A stretch of 61,665 bases of DNA, the filler included. It is 13 parts of 13 records of this genome, joined end to end, with 100 filler letters (N's around TTAATTAATTAA, not from the genome) between each part and the next. Parts side by side here need not be neighbours in the genome. Positions count along the whole stretch, not along the records: positions 1 to 4,880 come from SRR15195285_5814; positions 4,981 to 8,541 come from SRR15195285_5815; positions 8,642 to 13,214 come from SRR15195285_5818; 10 more parts are not named here. One strand, written 5' to 3'. Numbering within the stretch: the stretch's first letter is position 1; every line of letters starts with the position of its first letter. Made by a program: the position numbers and the translations under genes. The notes beneath the pieces are model-generated. The model saw nothing but the letters and a program-made list of their open reading frames with translations, was not told the DNA's origin and searched no databases. Shown in pieces: positions 1 to 11,765 of this stretch.

Positions 1-25
1 GGGGGGGGGGGGGGGGGGGGGGGGG
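1..25. repeat. Poly-G run at contig start (possible artefact or assembly-breaking homopolymer); poly-C counterpart at 31209-31228
   Basis: 25 G and 20 C at contig edges. Confidence 0.9.
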
Positions 26-365
26 CTCGCTTCGTGCTGGACGGGCGGACGCATGCATTCCTCAGATCCTCACCGGCCGGCGCATCGGAGGAATGCGCAT
101 GGTCGCCAACCCGGTCCGCATGGAAATGGTACGAGTACTCAATTCGCATACATGTAGTACTACTATAGATCTCTAGACGGTACAATTACAATGCATATCC
201 GGCTAAGGATATACAGTACTATTCATAGTACATGTAGTAGTAGACACTTGATGACAGATGATTGTGACCCTCATGAAACATGATTGTATTCACACTTGCC
301 AGGGACAGACCGACAGTGACAGACTGACAGTGACACAAGCAGCCTCTAGGTCCGCTGTGCCGTTG

Positions 366-3300
366 TCACCGTGCGTTCCTCTCAAACTCCATCAAGATGC
401 GACCACGCCGCCTGCGACCATATGGCGCAGACAAACAAAGGGTGCCATCTGACATCAGCCTTCGCTCGTGGATGCCCTCTAGCCGCACTAGCAGGCGACT
501 AGCGTGGGCAGCGTTCGAAAGGAAGCGTTGCCATGGGCACTGATGCATACCGTTACAGATGACCAGCTTTCCTCCCGAATAAAGCAGCCAGCTCAGTTTG
601 ACGCCACCCGCATCACCGCCGCCATCGTTCAGCTTCGACGCGCGCGCCTTGCGATTTGCCTCCGCCTGGGCCTTGCTTGTTTTCGTGCCGCTAGTCATCG
701 AATCGTGCGCAGCGATTGCCAAAGCAGCGACTGCGTGGGCGGTCGGTGCGTCTAGCAACCGACGAGACCCTGATACAGACGATGGAAGTGTTATCAAATG
801 GCAACAGAGAACAGACGTACGGGCCAGCGCAAACGTGTTCCGAGTGTGAACACGGTTATTCCTGCGGTTGTAGCAGTGGCGGAGCTGGCGCACCGACACT
901 CAGCTCCTCCAGCAAAGCAGGACTGTGGACGAAAAGCATCTCTGGCGCCACATGCTGCGCCGCCGACATATCTCCCGCGCCACCCACTGATGCCACGCTG
1001 AGCAGCACCCCGCTGCCGCCTTCTCGAAGCTGCACTGATGGGCCAGTGTGCGCGGTGCCCTTCAACATTGGGATGGCCGAAGATGGCGCTTTCCCATCCC
1101 GTGGACAATGCGGAGCACGGTGAAGCACGACGTTCGGCAGCAGGTGGCGGGGGTCCTGCTTCGCTGCCATCCGTGCAAGAACAGCCTGAGGCGACCAAAA
1201 TGCACACCACATCGCCTTGACAGCATCGAAGATCAGGTCTTGCGCTGTCAGCACCTGTACAGCCTCTGCCACTTTTAGAACCAGCTCCTCTTCATCCGCC
1301 ATGCTGAGCAAATCCGCAATCAGCAACAGATGTCATCAGCACAGTCACGGTGACGGCGACACCGACACTTGTAGCTGAACCAAGATGGTTAGACGGAAAA
1401 TTCGATAGTGTACAGTACTCACAGAGCCACCAGCGCTTCAGTGCCCATCGGCATGAACATCCCCACAACTTTATTCGCGAGCTTTGGTGCGGTGGGTAAG
1501 ATCCGCTCTAGCAGACGCTCACCAATCAGCTGTCCTTGCTGCGAAGGCGGTACCGACGAAATCTCATCAAGCGTGAGCGGTGGCCCTCTGGCAGGACCTA
1601 CGACGTCGCTGCCGTAGTCCGATGGCTGGATAAAAGCAACTGGCGGCACTTCTGCACCCGATGTGTCGTTGCCGTCCAGCGCAGCAGAAGTGGTGGCAGT
1701 GCATAACCACGTTCCACCTGCACACCCAGCCAACAATGCTTAGTATAATGAGTTCAAGTTTCGCGCACGCTCTTCCTCAACGTGACATTAACGGCAGCGC
1801 TGTAGAACTGACCTGTGACAGGAACGCCAAGAACGGAAGCGCCCTCAAGCATATGGCTGAGGTCAACGTTCATAATCTCGTTTTGGATTTGCATCGCGAT
1901 TGAGAGCACCCAATTGGTGCGCTCGTGCTCCGGTACTTGCTGTGGTGGAGGTCCAGCTGCGAGCATTCCTGTGAGCTGACCGACGGCGGTCATGCCACAT
2001 AAGACTTGATACCATGTCGCAGACAAGCCCTCTGCTTCCTCATCTCGCTCAGCCGGCAGCACGCTCACCGTGCGGAGTGGGCCGCTAGAGCTACTGCTGC
2101 AGTGTGCAGCAATAGCTGTGCGCAACGCCGTGGCACGCTTGACCATATGCTTCCACTCGATGGTCTCAGTGAGTACCATGTCCGCCTCGATCGACTGCAC
2201 AGCGCACCGATGACGTTATGAGCGGAAGTGCAGTCCAGAAGTACAGAAACCATCAGCCGCCAAACAAAGTGGACAGCCAGGAAGCATGCAAGGCAATCAG
2301 TCAGGCAGGGCACCGGGCTGAGGGTTACCTCCGGCGGAGTGAAAGGAGCGTCGAAGCTAAACGGTGGTGTAGGTGTAGGTATCTGCTCCCAGCGAATGAT
2401 GGGCACAGCAGGTGTCATCGCAGCACCCGCACCGCTCGCTGTAGACACACAGCCACCCACATGGCAAAGCGCACGAATCAACCAGGTCAGAGCTCATCCC
2501 AACTCGTCAGGTCAGCCACCAGCCAGAGTACGAGGGACCTGATTGACAAGTTTTGAATTCCAAGGCTGGCAAGGGCGCACCGGCAGCGAGCGCAGCGTCG
2601 GCAGCGCCTACAGAAAATATGTAGCCAATGCTATCGAAGTTGTTGACCGCCATCGGGAGCTGCCCTCTGAGGCGCTCCAGCATTGCGGCAGTAAGCATCG
2701 CTGACTCTTGCGTCTCTTTCCAGTGGATGACGGCGCCCTGCGCTGTGCCATGAAGGTATATCGTATCGCACACCACTTCCTCCGGCAGTCCGCCGCCTGC
2801 CAGCTGTGCGCAGTAGGTCAGACGCTTCGCTACGATGGCGGCCAGTTCGTGCCCGCGCTTGGTCGTATCCAAAACGATCGCGTGCGTCAGGTCGGCGGCT
2901 TCGTATTTCGACTTCGCGGCGCTGTCCGCAAGCGCACTGGATTGCGGCGCGGTAACGAATGGTGAAATATTCATGAGCAGCATGTCCAACATCATGATTA
3001 CCGTTTCGATGTTCGGCGGCACCGTCGCCACAGAAGAGTTCGAGAAGATGTCCCACCCTGCCAACTGGAACGCATTTGTGAGGGAGCTGACGACTTCAGG
3101 GTGGAGCGTCGGGAGCGCTTCGCCCAGCCGTGCGCCCATCTTGGTGAAGAAGCCAGCAATCTGCGCGCCATTTGGCATCTGCCCGACTTGGATCTTGCCT
3201 TGCACGTAGGCGCGCTGTTCCTGCAGGTAGGCACAAATGGCCCCGACGCTATTGGCATCCATCTCGTCCGCCAGGTTGCAAAGTTCTGCAGTCACCGCAT

Positions 3301-4485
3301 CGTTTCGCTGCAACGAAGCAACCTCGGCGTCCAAGGGTGCAGGCAGCTCCGCCGCACCACCAAGCTCTGAGCGCAACGTCTCGCATCTTGGGCTGAGCGC
3401 CGCTGCCGTCAGCAGCCCCATGCGTAGCTCCGGGCAAGCGGCCAGGACAGTCTGCGACTCGCGTCGCTCCAGCAGCGCCGACATCTGCTTCTTGGAGTCT
3501 GAGGAAATGTCCCACGGGCCCGGCGCGAAGAGCTCGTCCGCACCATCCGCGAGCAGCGCTGTTTTCAGCTGTGCTGGAGTCAGCTCGGAGAGGAACGACC
3601 GTCCCTCAGCTGCATCGCGCAGCACGTGCGCCTCGCTGCCGATGCCTCCGGCACCGCACAGCAACGCTCGGCTGACGGCACTGTTCGGACGGATGAAGAC
3701 CGGGGTCACCTCCGTGACACACCCAAGGGTCGCGGATGCGGTCAGAGCAGCTCGCATAGGCTTCACCGCAGCGCTCAGGGCACCGGCGAGCGTCTCCATC
3801 CCGTCCGCCGAGAGGCCTGCGCTGTCGTCGCTCCCACTAGGCGTGGGCTGCAGTTCGCACACCCACAGATCACCGATCTCGTAGTGCAGGAGGCTGCCCG
3901 CCACCGTACCAGCCGTGTCCTGCGCCACAAGCACACGCAGAGCGCGCTTCTCCACGTCCGGCTCGGCCGGGAGCAAGCGTAGCACTGGCGAGCCGAGCGC
4001 ATCCTCGCCGAGCGAGAACATAAAGTCGAGCGCCCGGACTCTCGTACCGCCGAGCAGCGGCACCGTGTGTGCCACGCTCAGAGCTTCCCAGGAGGCCACG
4101 TTACTGACCGGCCCCGGCTCGATGGTCAGTGACGCGAGGGCGACCTGCGCCGCCGGCTGCGTCCCAAGCAAACGCGCACGGCCACGGGCGGTTGGAATCG
4201 CTGTGCAGGCTCCCTCACCACAAACAGAACACAAACTGGGTGCAGCAGACAGCAGACAACGGTGCGCACCGGCTCTGGCTCCGGCTCCTCGACCACCTCG
4301 GGCGCCGGCTCGTCGAAGCTCTCGTGATAGAGCGAGTCCTGCAGCTTCCGATCGTCCTCCTCCTCCTCCTCCGCCACCCCGTGCTTCCCACCGCCGTCCT
4401 TGCGCGTCCCGGACGCCGCAGCCGCCGACTTGGCCCGCGCCGCCTGCTGCTTCTGCCGCTTCTTCTTTTTGGCGAGCGCCGCCTT
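366..4485 (-). CDS. Large multi-exon protein, 5' partial. Contains an MLLE/PABC domain embedded in a degenerate PEP-synthase/glucan-water-dikinase-like (PPDK_N) C-terminal region
   Basis: Minus-strand ORFs 4126-4551, 2507-4807, 2065-2481, 1754-2200, 1419-1736, 856-1326 and 366-899 join through GT-AG introns. For example, intron 1304-1422 gives ...EALVALMADEEELVLKVAEAVQVL, and a GTGCGC..TATCAG intron gives ELSVGSRRLL. The MLLE-like string is PPSQQGQLIGERL...KVVGMF...KVAEAVQVL. The exact stop is uncertain (~366-400). Confidence 0.7.
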
Positions 4486-4700
4486 CTGCTCGCCAGACCC
4501 GAAGCGAACACGTGGCGAACACAGCACACGCACGCCCACAGCGAGAACCACCCGCCTCAGTCAGAGCTGCATGGACCGTGGCTCGGCACGAACAAGGCAA
4601 GGGGGTGCAGGAGGCGCGAATCGTTCGCGGTGTGGACACGTGGGGCCAGAGCCTCTCTTTCCAAACGGGCTGCGCCGTCTGCACTGCGGTTTGATGGCAC

Positions 4701-4880
4701 CGCAGCGACCACAGACAGGGGGAAGCTGGACTGCGGTGTGAGCGACGGGCGCGGCGGCGACGTGGAACAGCCCTGCGTTGGAACAGCTCTGCGGCCGCAG
4801 CGACCACAGACAGGGGAAAGCTGGACTGGGACCTGAGGGACGGGCGTGGCCGTGACGCGGAACAGCTCTGCGGCCGCAGC
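4701..4880. repeat. Minisatellite (~79-95 bp unit, two copies plus the start of a third), probably intronic, running into the contig end
   Basis: CGCAGCGACCACAGACAGGGG(G/A)AAGCTGGACTG...GGAACAGCTCTGCGGC starts at 4701 and 4796; CGCAGC restarts at 4875. Confidence 0.85.
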
Positions 4881-4980
4881 NNNNNNNNNNNNNNNNNNNN
4901 NNNNNNNNNNNNNNNNNNNNNNNNTTAATTAATTAANNNNNNNNNNNNNNNNNNNNNNNNNNNNNNNNNNNNNNNNNNNN
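4881..4980. other. Artificial contig spacer (44N-TTAATTAATTAA-44N). Identical spacers at 8542-8641, 13215-13314, 18051-18150, 24179-24278, 27700-27799, 31109-31208, 38824-38923, 42606-42705, 47919-48018, 51614-51713, 56311-56410
   Basis: Twelve identical 100-nt blocks with a six-frame stop linker are seen directly. They define 13 independent contigs. Confidence 0.99.
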
Positions 4981-4999
4981 GCATTAGCCCTAGTGTGCC

Positions 5000-5080
5000 C
5001 GGTTGGGCTTTGGCGTGCCACTGGGCGAAAGGCAAAAGGCCTTTTGCCCGGTGGCAACGCAGCACAGCACAACCCAGCCG
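5000..5080. repeat. Long imperfect inverted repeat / hairpin
   Basis: TGCCACTGGGCGAAAGGC (5016-5033) pairs with GCCTTTTGCCCGGTGGCA (5039-5056). Outer arms are CGGTTGGG and CCCAGCCG. Confidence 0.8.
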
Positions 5081-5300
5081 TTACCATTAAAATGCATTAG
5101 CCACTACCTTTTAAAGGTACCTTAAGGTACATGTGTAGTACATCTACGCGTTGCGCCGTAAAATGCCAATTTTTGCCTCCCTCGCGAGCGAGGCTCTGCG
5201 AGCTGCCATTATCTAGCGCATAGGCAGCGCGGTCGGCCATGCATCCAGCGCACCAACTTAGCGCCGCGGGGCCGCCCGGCGCGGGCGCGGGGCCGAGATC

Positions 5301-8077
5301 ATGGGCGCCGCTTCCCAGCAGCAGACTGCTGTACAACGAGTTGATGTAGTGGACCGCGCGGTGGGTACCTGGCGCTACCTTGCGCTGGAGAGCTCGTACG
5401 AGAGCGGTCCCGGGCCGCTTGTCTCGCAGCGGCGTTGGATCAGAAGCAGCGCAGACTTGGCCGCCGTGACATTCGTTCACGACTTCACCAGTCAGGACGG
5501 GCAGGCCAGCCACTTGGAGTTCACGGCCAGGTACGACGGACGACAGTACCCGCTGCACGGGAGCACGCTCTATAATACAGTTTCGCTGCACTGGATTAGC
5601 GAGCATGAGGTGCGGCAGATCTTCAAGTTGGACGGCAAGACGACAGTCGAGGCGACTCGCACTGTCTCACCAGATGGCAATCGTCTGACAATCGACACTG
5701 TGGGCACCATCTCCAGCACCAGCAAAGATTTCCGCAACCTGATCATCTATGAGCGCGTGACTGACCCAGCGACTGCTTTCACCGCCACTCTGATGGTAGA
5801 CGCGTTGGCAGAACAAGGCGTGGAGGTCTGCTTCACGAACCCTGGAACATCAGAGATGCACTTCGTCATTGCGCTGGACGACGCGGCAAAGGCGGACAAG
5901 ATGCGCTCGGTTCTTTGCCTGTTTGAAGGTGTGGCCACGGGAGCGGCAGATGGCTATGCACGAATGGCGGGAAAGCCAGCAGTGTCGCTCTTGCACCTTG
6001 GGCATGGGCTAGCTAATGGCCTCAGCAATTTACACAACGCGAAGTGGGCAAGGGTGCCCTTGATCAATATCGTCGGCGACCACGCCCGCCCACTGCAGCA
6101 GTACAACAGTCACCCTGGCGCGAGTCACAGCTCACCCTACCTAGGTGATATTGAGGGCTATGCAGGCCCCGTGTCTGGCTGGGTGCGACGTTGCAGGACG
6201 TCCGAATTAGCGGTCGCAGACGCACTCGACTGTCTACGTGCGAGTTTCGGGCCTGAGGGACAACCTCAGCAAGTTAGTACTCTCATCGTACCTGCTGACG
6301 TTGCCTGGGCTTCTCCATCTATCGGACAGCATCGAGTTTACTCTAGCCGTATTGCACCGACTCCACCAAATTCTGCTGCAATTGATGGCGCTACAGCAGT
6401 GCTTGCCAGTGGCGACTCTTGTTTGTTGTTAATCGGCGGGAACGCTTTGCTATTGCCGGGTCTTGTCAGCGCTGCAAAGGTGGCGGCACGCACTCGCTGT
6501 GGTCTCGTAACAGGCAGCAAGACGAACGCTGCCCGCCACCGTCGAGGTGCAGGCGCTCCAATTGTGCCAGCTCTGCCTTACTACTTCGATGATGTGAGTA
6601 TTCGCCGAAGCCACACGGAGAGCACTGCGGCTGTTGTACAAACTCGTTGTATCACCATTGTGGCTGTGAGCTCAATCAAGTGGCTAACAATGGACACGGG
6701 AAACTGTATCAGATACAACGAGACGTGGCAAAATATAAGCCTCAGCACCTTCTGTTGTGTGGTGGGGTAGTGCCTTACGCTGCCTTTGGATATCCCGAAA
6801 TGACCGAGGCAGACTATGCCACCCTGTTGCCTGCCAACTGCGCGGTAAATATTTTGAGACTTGTTGAACAGTTGACACGACGTGCACACAAGTACACTGA
6901 TCTACCGAGTCAATCGAAAGGATTGCGCAATGAAACATTGAGCTCGGCACTGCGTCTTCTGCACAGGTACATGTGCTTGCTACGCCATCTGACGACGCGG
7001 CGGCCACGCTCGCGCTGCTGGCAGAGGCGGTGGGTGCAGCAGATATGGAGCTACCTTCTGAAAGTGTCGCGCAATTCGCGCCGCCAGGTACGCTACAGGC
7101 TTTGCAGAGCACCTCCTTTTGTTTCTTCATCAACCAGACGGCTGTCACTGTACAACTACAGCAGGGATATGCCAGTCTCACCATCTTACGTGCACCGGAA
7201 CCCTGATTCAGCGAATTGTTTGTGGTGGATTGGTGTTGTGGCAACCAGTGCTCCCTGCTGAACCAGGTGTACCTCTTACAGCACGTTCCATCGGTCAGGC
7301 GGTCAGTGCACTGTTACCACAGGACGCCATAGTCATTGACGAGGCGATCACTGCTGCGGGCGGATTCTGGGAACACAGTGCAACTGCTGCCGGCCACGAT
7401 GTCCTCGCAGTAACGGGCGGCTCGATTGGTATAGGTCTACCATTGGCGGTTGGCGCGGCAGTCGCGTGTCCGGCTCGACGTGTCATAGCTCTGCAGGCAG
7501 ATGGCTCGGCAATGTACACCATCCAAAGTCTCTGGTGCGTTCTACTCTGAGACGCAATATCGCGTTTCTGCCCGTTTTCAACTTAAAGCTCTTCGTGAGT
7601 ACGAGTGGAACGCCAGCAAAGCGTACGCAGGAAATTACCATGTCAATGCCTGCACTCGGTCGGTCTTTGGCAGGACGATGGCGCGTGAGAAATTATCTGT
7701 CGTGATTATCTTGCTAGCGAATCAAGCGTATGGAATATTTGGCACGGAGCTCGACCGGCTTGGGCTGAACGATCGCAGTGCGCAACGCACGCGGCTGAGT
7801 ACTCCATTCGTCTTGTCCCAACTGCCCATATGTTAACGCTGACACACTGTCGCTATAATTATCTATCTCGTGATCAGTTGGATCGACGACGGAATCCATG
7901 GTTGAGCTTGACTCGCCACACCTCAACTTTGCCAAACTGGCGGAAGGGCATGGTTGCAAGAGTACGGTGGCGAGGACGGAAGCGGAGCTTGCGGAGCAAC
8001 TAGCGACAGCACTTGCGCAACAAGAAGGTCCATGGCTCATCGAGGCAGTGTTTGCCCGTGGTAGCGCCTCGCTGTAA
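5301..8077 (+). CDS. Thiamine-diphosphate enzyme (bacterial acetolactate synthase large subunit-like / benzoylformate decarboxylase-like group) with an N-terminal ~150-aa beta-rich domain; 5 introns
   Basis: Motifs CFTNPGTSEMHFV, LFEGVATGAADGYARM, LLHLGHGLANGLSNLHNA, TGGSIGIGLPLAVGAA, TPP motif QADGSAMYTIQSLWTMARE..N and C-terminal GPWLIEA. Five GT-AG introns restore the frame, and the protein ends ...ARGSASL* (TAA 8075-8077). Confidence 0.9.
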
Positions 8078-8982
8078 TGGTGCAGCTGTGAACCAGTTCC
8101 AAGAGTTGCCAGTTGGCCGTTCCTTGCAATGCACGTGACTGGTCATATGCTCGGGAATCATATGGCGTCCCAACTGGGAATCAAAACCACTTGTGGGTGT
8201 GTGGGTATCGAGCATTCTGTCGTAACAAATGTCCCACCTCGGCAAAAGAACACAACCCTGCTCTCGACTCGAGAATAACCAGGTGGGTTTGTAGGGCCTT
8301 TCATCTCATGTACTAGTACAGTACCAGTACTATCAATAGTAGCAGGTCGCCCCGGCTCAAGCGCCAGAGGACTCCGTGAATCACCAAACACCGTTGCCCT
8401 CTTGATTCGATTGATCATCCGCCCGCCACGGCGATGCGATTTTCGTTTTTTAAAAAAAAATAGTACGGGCCGGTACAGTATCACAGGCTGGGTTCGAATC
8501 GTGTGGAGTATGCAACACTCACTGATAAATACCGTGCACCCNNNNNNNNNNNNNNNNNNNNNNNNNNNNNNNNNNNNNNNNNNNNTTAATTAATTAANNN
8601 NNNNNNNNNNNNNNNNNNNNNNNNNNNNNNNNNNNNNNNNNCTGGGCACTGCTGCAGTCTCATCGACACCGTACATGTGTTAACACATGTACTAGTAGCT
8701 CCCGGCGCGCACAATCTGGGCGCTGCTGCAGCGTGAGACTGGGAGCGCGCGCGTGAGTGTGACGGACTGCAGCATGCAGCGGAGACTCACGCACATCGCG
8801 CCGACGCGACACCGCTGGCACGCGTAATGGCGGCGCCGCCGGGCGGGGCTCCGTCGTGGGTATATATGTGCCGATCGGCGGCCTACTTGTAGGCATGATC
8901 CTGCGAACTGATCCGCTCCTCAGGAATCAGGCCAGCCGCGGTATTCCAATATCGGGCCTGGTGTGCTGAGAGTGTCGAAGCG

Positions 8983-11474
8983 ATGGTAGCCCTCTTGACC
9001 TGGAAAGCTCTCTTCTGGCTGAACGCGCCACTGGTGCTGCTTGGGTTGCTCGCGGCGCCAGGCTGCTCCCAAGAAGGGAGCTGCGTTGTGAGTGAGCTCG
9101 AGCCGCTCTGTGGGCGCGCACGACGGGCAAACGTCGGCAACTGCCTTCTTTGCGTTCGCTCGCACCCAGACTTGCACGACTGTAGCGATGGGGTCGCCGA
9201 CCGCTTCTGTCAGGGCCAAACACCGCAGCGCGCGAAGCCGCACATTGTAATGTGTCTCGCGGATGACGTGGGCTACGCAAACGTGGGGTGGAATCGGCCG
9301 TCACCAACGTTGGACGTAAAGACACCAACGTTGGACTCCCTCGCCCGCGACGGCATTCAATTGACCGCGTTTTATGCGTTCAAATACTGCGCGCCTAGTC
9401 GGTCGGCATTCATAAGTGGGAGAGACCCGATCCACGTGAATGTTGTCAACGGTCAGACCACGTCGATCAATCCTAACGACCCTGTCTCCGGGTACACTGG
9501 GATCCCAACCGAGATGACCTCGATCGCGGAGAAGATGACGTCCGCGGGTTATCGCGCACATGCTGTTGGAAAATGGGATGGTGCGAGGCTGTCGCGACCA
9601 TGCGATTAATGTTGCGACTACCACTGTGTCTGAATACTAGTAACTATGCGTCTGCTGTGGTTGATCAGTGGGAATGGCGACGTTCAGACACACACCAGCG
9701 GGCCGTGGATTTGAGACTTGGCTTGGGTATTTTGGTCACTGCAATGACGTGAGTTCGCAATACCCAGTCGCGTTGCACTGCGGACTGACTATTCTGGCCT
9801 GCCGTGCACGCACAGTACTGGACACAGCTGGATAGATGCGGAATGAGCAGCTGCCCTGGGGATGCGCCAGGGACAAGCATAGACATGGTGGATCTATGGC
9901 AGCAGACTAACTTCGGGCAGTCATCGGGACCGGCGAACGTGCTCAACAATTCACAACAGTGCAGCCAATCGCATCAGGCTTCGTCGTGCACGTACGAGGA
10001 TGACATGCTGTACAACCGCGTGGTCACGGTACTCGACAATCACGCTGCGGCTGCACCGGCAGAAAGCCCTCTCTTCTTGTTTTGGTCGACGCACGCGTGC
10101 CATGGGCCGCTAGAGGTGCCGCAGGCTACGCTGAACCAGTTTAGTTTCATGTCCGACACACGGGCGCGACTGTACGCTGCACTGACGAACCATTTGGACT
10201 CAATGGTCAAGAATGCAGTTGCAGAGCTGCAGCGGCTGCACATGTGGAATTCGACGCTATTCGTGTTCAGCTCGGATAACGGAGGCGAGATTGATGCGGG
10301 TGCAAACAACTGGCCCCTGAGTAAGAGCATCAGCTGACCATAATTATCCTATCGCTACACACTCGCACTACCCGTCTACTTTTGCTCAACACTTTTGCTG
10401 ACTGTACGAACAAAACAACCAAATTCAGGAGGGGGCAAGTTCTCATCGTGGCAAGGCGGTATCCACGTCGTCGCATTTGTATCAGGCGGGTGGCTGCCCG
10501 CATCTCGCCGAGGGATCAAGGTAGATGGGCTGGCGACATTGTGGGATCTCTACGCTACGTTTGGGTGCATTGCGGGACTGATCCCCAGTGAGGCCACCGC
10601 AGATAGGCGTGCCGCCAGTGCAGATCTTCCTGCTGTTGACAGCGTCAACCAGTGGCCTTATTGGAGCGGCCAGAGCAACGTTCCTCCACGTTCGGAGATT
10701 GCTGTGGGAGCATCGATCGGGGGGCCGTTTGCGTCACACGGTGGTGGGGATGCATTTTTGACCACCGCTGTCGAAGGTCTCATCAGGGCCGATGGCATGA
10801 AGCTTATTATCACACAACCTGGCGAGCCCATCGATGAGGCTATTTGGACTGGCCCAAGTTTTCCGAACTCGAGCTTTCCACCCTCCTCAACAGCAAGAAT
10901 TCTGGCAACTAGCGTCGATTGTTCTCAAGGCTGCCTATTCAATGTGACGGCTGATCCATCAGAGTATCATGACCTCAGTCGGACGTTGCCGTTGATTGTC
11001 TCTCAGATGCGTGCGCGGATTGAGGAGCTCAATCGCACCACGTTTTCGCCACATCGCGGCTTACCTAGTGGCGCTGGATGTTACGTTGCCTTACAAAAGT
11101 GGGGCGGATTCTGGGGTAAGCCATTGACTTTTCCACTTGACGCACCATTCCAACGATCACTGCAATGTGATTCTAATTGTGAACTGGTCGCTGCACCCCT
11201 TTCGCGTTCTCCCTCCTGTTCAGGCCCCTTCGTTGGGATCCCAGGCGTTCCGTCGCCAGCGCAGCTGTGCGACAGCCAAATGGAAAAGGCGTGCCCGCTC
11301 ACAGGATTCACCAATTATCAAGATTGTAGGCAATGCCTCAAGGATGCCATCAACTCAAATGGTGGCGCAACAGTCAGTCACTGCAAACCAGCGGCGCCTC
11401 CGAAGTTCCAGGCCTACTGTTGCCACAGATTCGTTCCTACGGACCCAAGAGTCCATTGTGGTGATGCGCACTAG
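8983..11474 (+). CDS. Secreted arylsulfatase B/I/J-like sulfatase with Cys-rich modules at both ends; 4 introns
   Basis: Signal peptide; PHIVMCLADDVGY; formylglycine motif CAPSR (9388-9402); spliced GKWDVGMAT; FSSDNGG; spliced NNWPLRGGKFSSWQGG; CLFNVTADPSE; spliced FWGPF. Confidence 0.93.
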
Positions 11475-11765
11475 CTGAAAACCTGCCGAAGTAAGGTGCT
11501 CGCGCGACTCATTTGGATGCACGTACGCGCCCACAGAATAATGATGTCGGAATCTTGTTTTTGAAGGGCGCTAACTAAAGTTTGCGAAGCATCCAACCCA
11601 TAGGTAGGGCTAAGGAGAATAAACATTCTATGCCAAGATTCTCTTTCTTTCATTTGTCGCACATCATAGCGTCAAGTCGGCACACCGAACCAAACTGGTG
11701 CTGAATGTACGGCCGTACCAGCGATGCCTAGCGGCCTCCTTCATTCCGTCAAAGTGCAAAGCAAT

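Noticed and set aside
4486-4807. N-terminal part of the 766-aa ORF 2507-4807
   Set aside because: It reads through a minisatellite and intron sequence. The real exon at ~4264-4485 is in another frame, with GT-AG boundaries.
4925-4936. Regularly recurring TTAATTAATTAA palindrome
   Set aside because: It is always centred in 44+44 N, so it is an artificial six-frame stop linker. ORFs containing X runs or ending LIN are artefacts.
8461-8510. tRNA or SINE suggested by GGTTCGAATC (8491-8500)
   Set aside because: There is no T-stem pairing, no room for an anticodon arm and no acceptor stem; this is an isolated B-box-like match.
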